Program-made: the position numbers and the translations under genes
Notes under the pieces: model-generated
What the model saw: only the letters and a program-made list of their open reading frames with translations
Told to the model about the DNA's origin: nothing
Database searches by the model: none
In this document: one piece after another, positions 57,563 to 64,000 of the stretch
Position numbering within the stretch: position 1 is the stretch's first letter
Layout: every line of letters begins with the position of its first letter
Source of the DNA: Eukaryota sp. TZLM1-RC
Taxonomy: Eukaryota; Protista; Metamonada: BaSk clade
Assembly: GCA_040285825.1 (NCBI GenBank)
Contig: JAUPSS010000011.1
Span: 496,001 to 560,000 of the forward strand
Length of the DNA: 64,000 bases
Reading direction: 5' to 3'

Positions 57563-57636
57563 CGGCTAGCAGCACAAAAATGTCAAGTAGAAGTAACCCG
57601 TTAAGATTATTGGAGGATGTGGATGAAATGAATCAA
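57563..57636 (-). mobile_element. Solo Fanzor family B 3' end (74 bp) abutting the TMC ATG
   Basis: 64/74 identical, ungapped, to 43183-43256. Confidence 0.9.
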
Positions 57637-57922
57637 GATGATCTTTAGCTTATTTTATTTATCAAAATATTTTGTTTTAATAAACAAATTACTATGGGGA
57701 TGACATTGAACCAAGTCATTCTTAAAAAAAGCGTTCATTTTTTCAACCAATTTAATTAATTATTTATTCTGTCTGAATATGTACCTCTAACATCTCAAAA
57801 ATAACTCACAATTTAAAAGAAGACTCAATCATGAGAACCGTAAATCTATTGAAACCACCCTCAAACATCAAACCTCTCGAGTAAAGTTTATTAAACCTCT
57901 GGGAATTCTACAACATCGATGC

Positions 57923-59819
57923 TTGAAATGCCGCATAGTTGATAACTACCACCCTCCCATAAGAATACTTCAAGAAACTCGTCCGACCAAATGCAATGAA
58001 TTTGCTTTCGTTTTTAAAAGATTTTTTGATCAATTATGTAAAGGAAAGTATGCTATCAATATTCTTTGGGAATTTTTTCGTTCTTTTTGTCCTCTTTTTG
58101 AACAAAATTTCGTAAATATTTCCGAAGATTTAACTAATATAGCACCGAGAAATCAGTCATCCGAGAAATTAAGTAAAATTTTTGAAGACAAATGCTTTGA
58201 CAACAAATGGTCCAAGGCTTTGTCAGCTTTAAGTCCCGGAGTTAAAGCACCCAACAATGAAAATACAATAGATAAATTAAAAATACTTCATCCTTATGAA
58301 GACCCTATAATGGATCAAAATTTTTACGGCACATTCTGGGAAAATTATCCATTGATGCCATCCGAAGTTTTTTCGGTTATCAAAAAGAGACCACGTGGTA
58401 AGTCTGCCGGACTTTCTGGTATTACTATTGATCATGTAAAAGCCGCGATTATTTCTTCAGAAGATTGCCTTGGTTTATTGACCAAATTTTTCAACCAAAT
58501 ATTATCTGGTCAACTCAAATACCCAGAAGAATTAAGAAGTTCTCGTTTGACTGCACTTGTCAAAAATTCCAAAATAAAAGTTCGTCATATTGCAGTCTCT
58601 GAGGGCTTATAAAATATTGTTTCTGCGTGTTGCTTGAGCAGGTTCAATGAGAAAGCAAAAAGATTTAATTACCCTTTCAATATGGAATTAATACCACTGA
58701 TGGAGTCTCTTCAGCGATATTTGCTACTGATGTATTATTTCGCCAAAATGAATCCAATGTTTGTATGTCATTGGATTTCAGTAATGCATTCATTTCACTC
58801 AGTCGTCGCAGTATCCATAGTGCTTTATTGCAATATATGCCTAAATTAATGCCGTATTTCCAATCAACATATAGCACATATTCTAATTTACATTTTGTAA
58901 TTGCATTTTGAGTTCATCAAGTAATGTAAAGCAAGGAGATCCGTTAGGACCTCTTTTGTTTTGTTTGGCCATTCATCCTATTTTAATGCAAATTCAAGGG
59001 ATGTATCCTTCGCTAAAAATGATTGCATATATGGATGATGTTGTGCTTATCGGTGATTTAAATATTGTGAAACAAGCAACTGTATGTTTTAAAGAATTAT
59101 TTACCAAAATTGGTCTCCGACTTAATTTACTTAAATGTGTTTTGTTATAGAATTTTCCAGTTTCCACAATAGTTGATGGTATTGAAATTCAAGCCAAATT
59201 ATATTCAATTGATGCTATTCGTCATTTGGGTTCGTTTTTAGGAAATAATGATGAAATTACCAAAAAATTGTTTGAAAAGTTGAACTCGATTTCCGACAAA
59301 ATTGACCAAATGATGAATTTAGATATACAAAAACACATCAAAATTACCATTATAAGACTGTGTTTTAGTTCCAATTTCAATCATATATTTCGACCTACAA
59401 ATCCTCTTGTCACTAGGCCTTTGGCTCAGAAGTTTAATGAATTACGTGCAAAAGTTCTGTCACAATTACTGGGATGTAAAATGTTCCAAATTCCAGACCA
59501 TGCTTACCTTAGTCCACATTATGGCGGTTTAAGGTGGACGAAGGCTTCTATTCTTACCTCGTGTGCTTTTGTTGGTGGATGCAGAAATGCAATCTTTGAG
59601 TTTTCCGAAAGATTGTCAGATTGGGAAGATTTATTGATGGCAACGCAAAGTTCCACTGTTTTTGCATTAAATGAAGAAATTTCAAAAAGTGATGCAGAAA
59701 AATGGGGTCGATGCTTTCCCCAATCATTCAATAGCAATATTCCAGAAAAGAATGTTTTAAATTTGAAGTACACTCTTCGAACATTGCAGAAACGATTGAC
59801 TGGAATGTATGAAGAATGT
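57923..59819 (+). mobile_element. Decayed RLE retrotransposon RT region (divergent subfamily)
   Basis: LHPYE, GKSAGLSG, VKQGDPLGPLLFCLAIH, AYMDD; frameshifted. Confidence 0.85.
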
Positions 59820-61880
59820 TTGAAGGTGCATCTGTTGCCTCGATGACTTCAGATGTTTTTTCCAATAGTCAACAACATCAGTATATTTTCAATTTGGACT
59901 TCAAAAATGCCTTCAATTCAGTAAAGCGTAATTGCATTTACCATGTCCTTATTTAAGAATTTCCAGAACTATCAGCGTATTTTTATTTATTTTATGGAAA
60001 AGAGTCAGACTTAATCTTTGACACCTTTACCCTTGAAGCTTCTTCTGGTGTCAAACAAGGTGATCCTCTTGGCCCATTGCTGTTTTGTTTGGCTATTCAT
60101 AATACTATTGAAATGACCCAGAAAGAATTCCCTGAGTTACGTATTGTTGCTTACATGGATGACATTTCGATTATTGGTTCTTATGAAAGCATTTGTAGGG
60201 TTTCTAAAGGCATTCCTGCGAAATACAAAGACATTGGATTAGCCTTGATTCCCGAAAAATGTCTCTTAATTGGAAGAACAAAACAATCTCTATTGATTGA
60301 TGATGTTCAAATTCCTTTCATTAATTATGAACAACAAGCATTCAAGTTTCTTGGATGTTGGTTAGGTTAATTGGATGAAATTTATTCCCAATTGAACATT
60401 TTATTGGAAAATTTTGGTAAGGATCTTTGTTTTATTGCTGAATTTGATATTGAAATCAAACTTTTTATTTTAAAAATTTGTTGTTCTGGTAAATTCACTC
60501 ATATTTTAAGATGAACTTCTCCTTCAGTGTCTCTTGATTTTTGTAGATCTTTCAACAAACTTCGGGTCAAATTTTTTTCCTCATTATTGGAGGTAAATGA
60601 ATCTTTAATTCGAAGTCATGTTTTTTGTTCTGCTGACTTAGGTGGAATTGGTTTCACGAATCTTCGATTTTATGTAAAGCAGCTTTTTTAGGAGGTGGAA
60701 AAAATTTTGTTTTTAAATTTTTTCAAAGGTTTCCTTATGATGTTCATATGATCCATGGTGAATCTAATTTTTATTTGAATCAACTTCAAATTGAATTAGA
60801 TAATTTGCCTAGTGATATCTGGATTCAGTGTTTTCCTCAAAATATTCAAGAAATTCCCACCCGATCACTTCCAAATTTACGTTTTTGCATGAAAAAGCAT
60901 CAGCACCGTCTGGTTAAATCATATGAAGGCTTGGATTATGAAGTAAGACTTGGCTTGGCCAAAACTAAAAACCCTGCTTTTGGTAATTTTTTAAAGGATA
61001 TTCGTGATATTTCTGCTGCTGCTTTAGTAACTCAAATTCCCTCTGTTTATAGACTTTTGTTAAAAAACAATGAATGGCTTTTAAAAAGGCGTTTTCGTTC
61101 TTTTCTGTGGCCAAACAATTTGCCCAATCATTTAACTTGTAAATGTGGTAAACCTCTTTTGTTTACTCATCTTTTGAACTGTAAACATTTCATTACATTT
61201 AGAAGCAAAGTGCATAATAATGTCAGGGAGCAAATTTATGTAATGTGTAAATCATATCGAGTAGATTCTTTTTTAGAACCGCTGTTATCAAAATTAATTC
61301 TTGATGATCCCAATATTGATAGTACACGTTACAACAGAGCTTCTATGGGTCTGACAAGAGGTGATCTAGTTGTTCCCGGTTAAAATGGTAGTTTTACTAT
61401 TTTAGACGCCATGTCTATTGACCCTTGTAATTCCTCTAACGAACTTCTCATTAACTCGGATGTAAACATTCCTCTTCTTGCAGGCGAGAAATATAAAATT
61501 GCTAAATATGCGAAACCCATTTCCTCGATTAATGAAAATTCTCATGCCCAATATAATTTATGTCCCTTTGTATTTTCTTTGCCTGGATCTTTGGGTAAGG
61601 CTGCTATGGCTTTCCTTGAGGATTTTGTTGTAGTTGTAAAGGAAAGAACTGGAAGAATTTTCAATCGTGTTTACTGGCAAAACAGGATTGTATTTTCTAT
61701 TTTTAAGGGAATGGTAAAACTAATTTCTGATTCACTTTCTTCTTTTGGGCAATTTTCTGAATCTTTGGCAATTAATCGTTTTGATGTAGGGGAGGCAGGT
61801 TTTGAGGATGTGGAGTTTTAATTGTGTATTTTATGTTTTCATATTCGTTGTTGAATAAAATATTGTTTTTTTTAAAAAAA
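59820..61880 (+). mobile_element. 5'-truncated RLE retrotransposon F1 with stops and frameshifts
   Basis: Colinear with 19689-21730. Confidence 0.92.
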
Positions 61881-61914
61881 AGGAATTTATGAAAATGATC
61901 TTTATAATAATATA

Positions 61915-62805
61915 TGCAGCTCGGCTGTTTTAAATCAAGATCTTCAGTCATTGTAATTGGAAAAGGGTGTTCGTGAAGGTAAGTCAACAGATTCTTCACT
62001 TTTTGTGACCATTGTACCACGAAGTTTTCAATTGTGTGCCACTAATGCAGCATTTGTAACAAAAATGAAATTATATTTGAATATCCCCATTAATCAATTA
62101 TTATCAAAAGAAAAATGTATTTGTTCGAATTCACCTCAACTCACTTTGCGCCGTGCTCTGAATTGCTCTAAATTGATAACTTATCGTTCTTCATTACATG
62201 ATGCTGTTAGAGACACTGTTTTCAATATGGCACAAACTGCAAGAATATCGTGTATCAAAGAGCCTCTGCTGAAGGAAACACTTTCTCTGAATAATTTTGG
62301 TTCTGATGATAGAGGTGATGTATACTGTGATTGGATTGATAATTCTGAAGCTATTGTTGACTTTGTCTCATGTAATGTTGCAAATGATACTTTGGTTCAC
62401 AGAAGAAAACTTAATCCTGTGGCTGCTCTGGATTTTAAAGCAAAAGAGAAACATAGAAAATATGATAAAGATATTGAAGAGGCTAATGTCGATAGAAATT
62501 CACAGCTGGTTTTTATTGCTTTCCCATTTTCAATAAATGGAAGATTATCAGTTGAAGCAGAAACTTTTTTGGATGACTTCCAAAAAATGGTGCAAGAAAA
62601 AACAATGAAAAGATTTGATATTTTTTTATGGCGTTCACGGATTCAATTTGCCATTATTAATAGATTACCACGGTTTTTCAATCGAATAAGAGCAGCTGTA
62701 GCTAGACAGCAAGCAGATCAAGATTTTGTAGAGGAAATCTTGGTTCAATTATAGTCGTCCCATTAGTTATGAGTTAATTTAATTAAGTGTGCAAATTCAA
62801 TAAAT
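61915..62805 (+). mobile_element. RLE retrotransposon F2 3' fragment
   Basis: ORF 61957-62754 with CIC, HDAVRD, RGD and EKHRKY. Confidence 0.9.
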
Positions 62806-62814
62806 ATTTTTATA

Positions 62815-63010
62815 TCCTTCAAACAAGCATCACTATAAGTAAATCTACTCACCGCATTTCGTTCATATTCTACACCAATAGCCAAAAGAGCTTTAGAAAG
62901 CACTGTTGGAATAGACTTAAAAATGCAAAAAAACAATTCTATTTAACCAGAAAGTGGAATTCATTGTTTTACCAGACCTATTCAGTAAAACTTTTTTGAA
63001 ACCTTCAAAA
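62815..63010 (-). mobile_element. RLE retrotransposon C-terminal fragment (F4-like)
   Basis: FWLNRIVF.IFKSIPTVLSKALLAIG...DACL. Confidence 0.65.
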
Positions 63011-63106
63011 AAATCATTTACTTTTGGAGTATTACTTGATTGGTTGTATTCGTAATATGTTTAGGGAATTTCTAATCCAATGTTTTGAAAACAAAAAGAT
63101 GATTTA

Positions 63107-64000
63107 ATTTATTGAATTTGCACACTTGATTAAATTAAATCATAACTAATGGGACGACTATCATTAAACCAAGATTTCCTCTACAAAATCTTGATTTGCT
63201 TGCTGTCTAGCTAAAGCTTCTCTAATTCGATTGAAAAACCGCGGTAATCTATTAATAATGGCAAATTGAATCCGTGAACGCCATAAAAAAATATCAAATC
63301 TTTTCATTGTTTTTTCTTTCACCAATTTTTGGAAGTCATCCAAAAAAGTTTCTGCTTCAACTGATAATCTTCCATTTATCGAAAATGGAAAAGCAATAAA
63401 AACCAGCTGTGTATTTCTATCGATATTTGCATCTTCAATTTCTTTATCATATTTTCTATGTTTTTCTTTTGCTTTAAAATCCAGAGCAGCCACAGGATTA
63501 AGGTTTCTTCTGTGAACCAAAGTATCGTTTGCAACATTACATGAGACAAAGTCAACAATAGCTTCAGAATTATCAATCCAATCACAGTATACATCACCTC
63601 TATCATCAGAACTAAAATTATTCAGAGAAAGTGTTTCTTTCAGCAGGGGCTCTTTGATACACGATATCCTTGCAGTTTGTGCCATATTGAAAACAGTGTC
63701 TCTAACAGCATCATGTAATGAAGAACGATAAGTTATCAATTTAGAGCAATTTAGAGCATGGCGCAAAGTGAGTTGAGGTGAATTCGAACAAATACATTTT
63801 TCTTTTGATAATAATTGGTTAATGGGGATGTTCAAATATAATCTCATTTTTGTTAGAAATGCTTCATTAGTAGCACACAATCCAAATCTTCGTGGTACAA
63901 TGGTTACAAAAAGTGAAGAATCTGACACCTTGTTTTCACAAACACCCTTTTCCAATAACAATGAGTGAAGATCTTGATTTAAAACAGCCGAGCTGCAAAT
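63107..64000 (-). mobile_element. RLE retrotransposon F2 (continues off the window)
   Basis: ORF 63164-63961, near-identical to the 61957 ORF and inverted relative to it. Confidence 0.9.

Noticed and set aside
1-64000. CRISPR arrays, tRNA, rRNA
   Set aside because: None recognised. The short repeats at 50341-50445 are pogo subterminal repeats.

Overview
AT-rich, gene-dense eukaryotic DNA read in the standard code, with 28-37 nt GT-AG introns and flagellar genes. It is probably a flagellated protist; a metamonad-like origin is a guess only. About 19 host genes are present: ATM-like PIKK, dynein LC4, HAD phosphatase, double-WRKY factor, two TPR proteins, SGF29-like, NEDD8, M18 aminopeptidase, TopoVIB-like, Nudix, TMEM222/RTE1-like, FabG, NME7, TMC and a few unknowns. 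Between them lie nests of mobile DNA: many 5'-truncated CRE-type RLE non-LTR retrotransposons, a pogo element, a MITE and about 10 relics of at least 5 Fanzor (eukaryotic TnpB) families. The main observation appears once nested retroelements are removed at their target-site duplications. The 3' (omegaRNA-side) ends of two Fanzor families are then fused exactly to the ATG of five unrelated host genes (17062, 54361; 43182, 45760, 57562). Other Fanzor relics sit co-oriented just upstream of further genes. Each family's end carries a short reverse complement of its own ATG context (TCAT/ATGA; GACAT/ATGTC). This suggests start-codon-targeting Fanzor elements whose terminus becomes the host promoter/5'UTR and whose guide would be the first codons of the host gene. 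All translations and alignments were done by eye, and relic boundaries are approximate.
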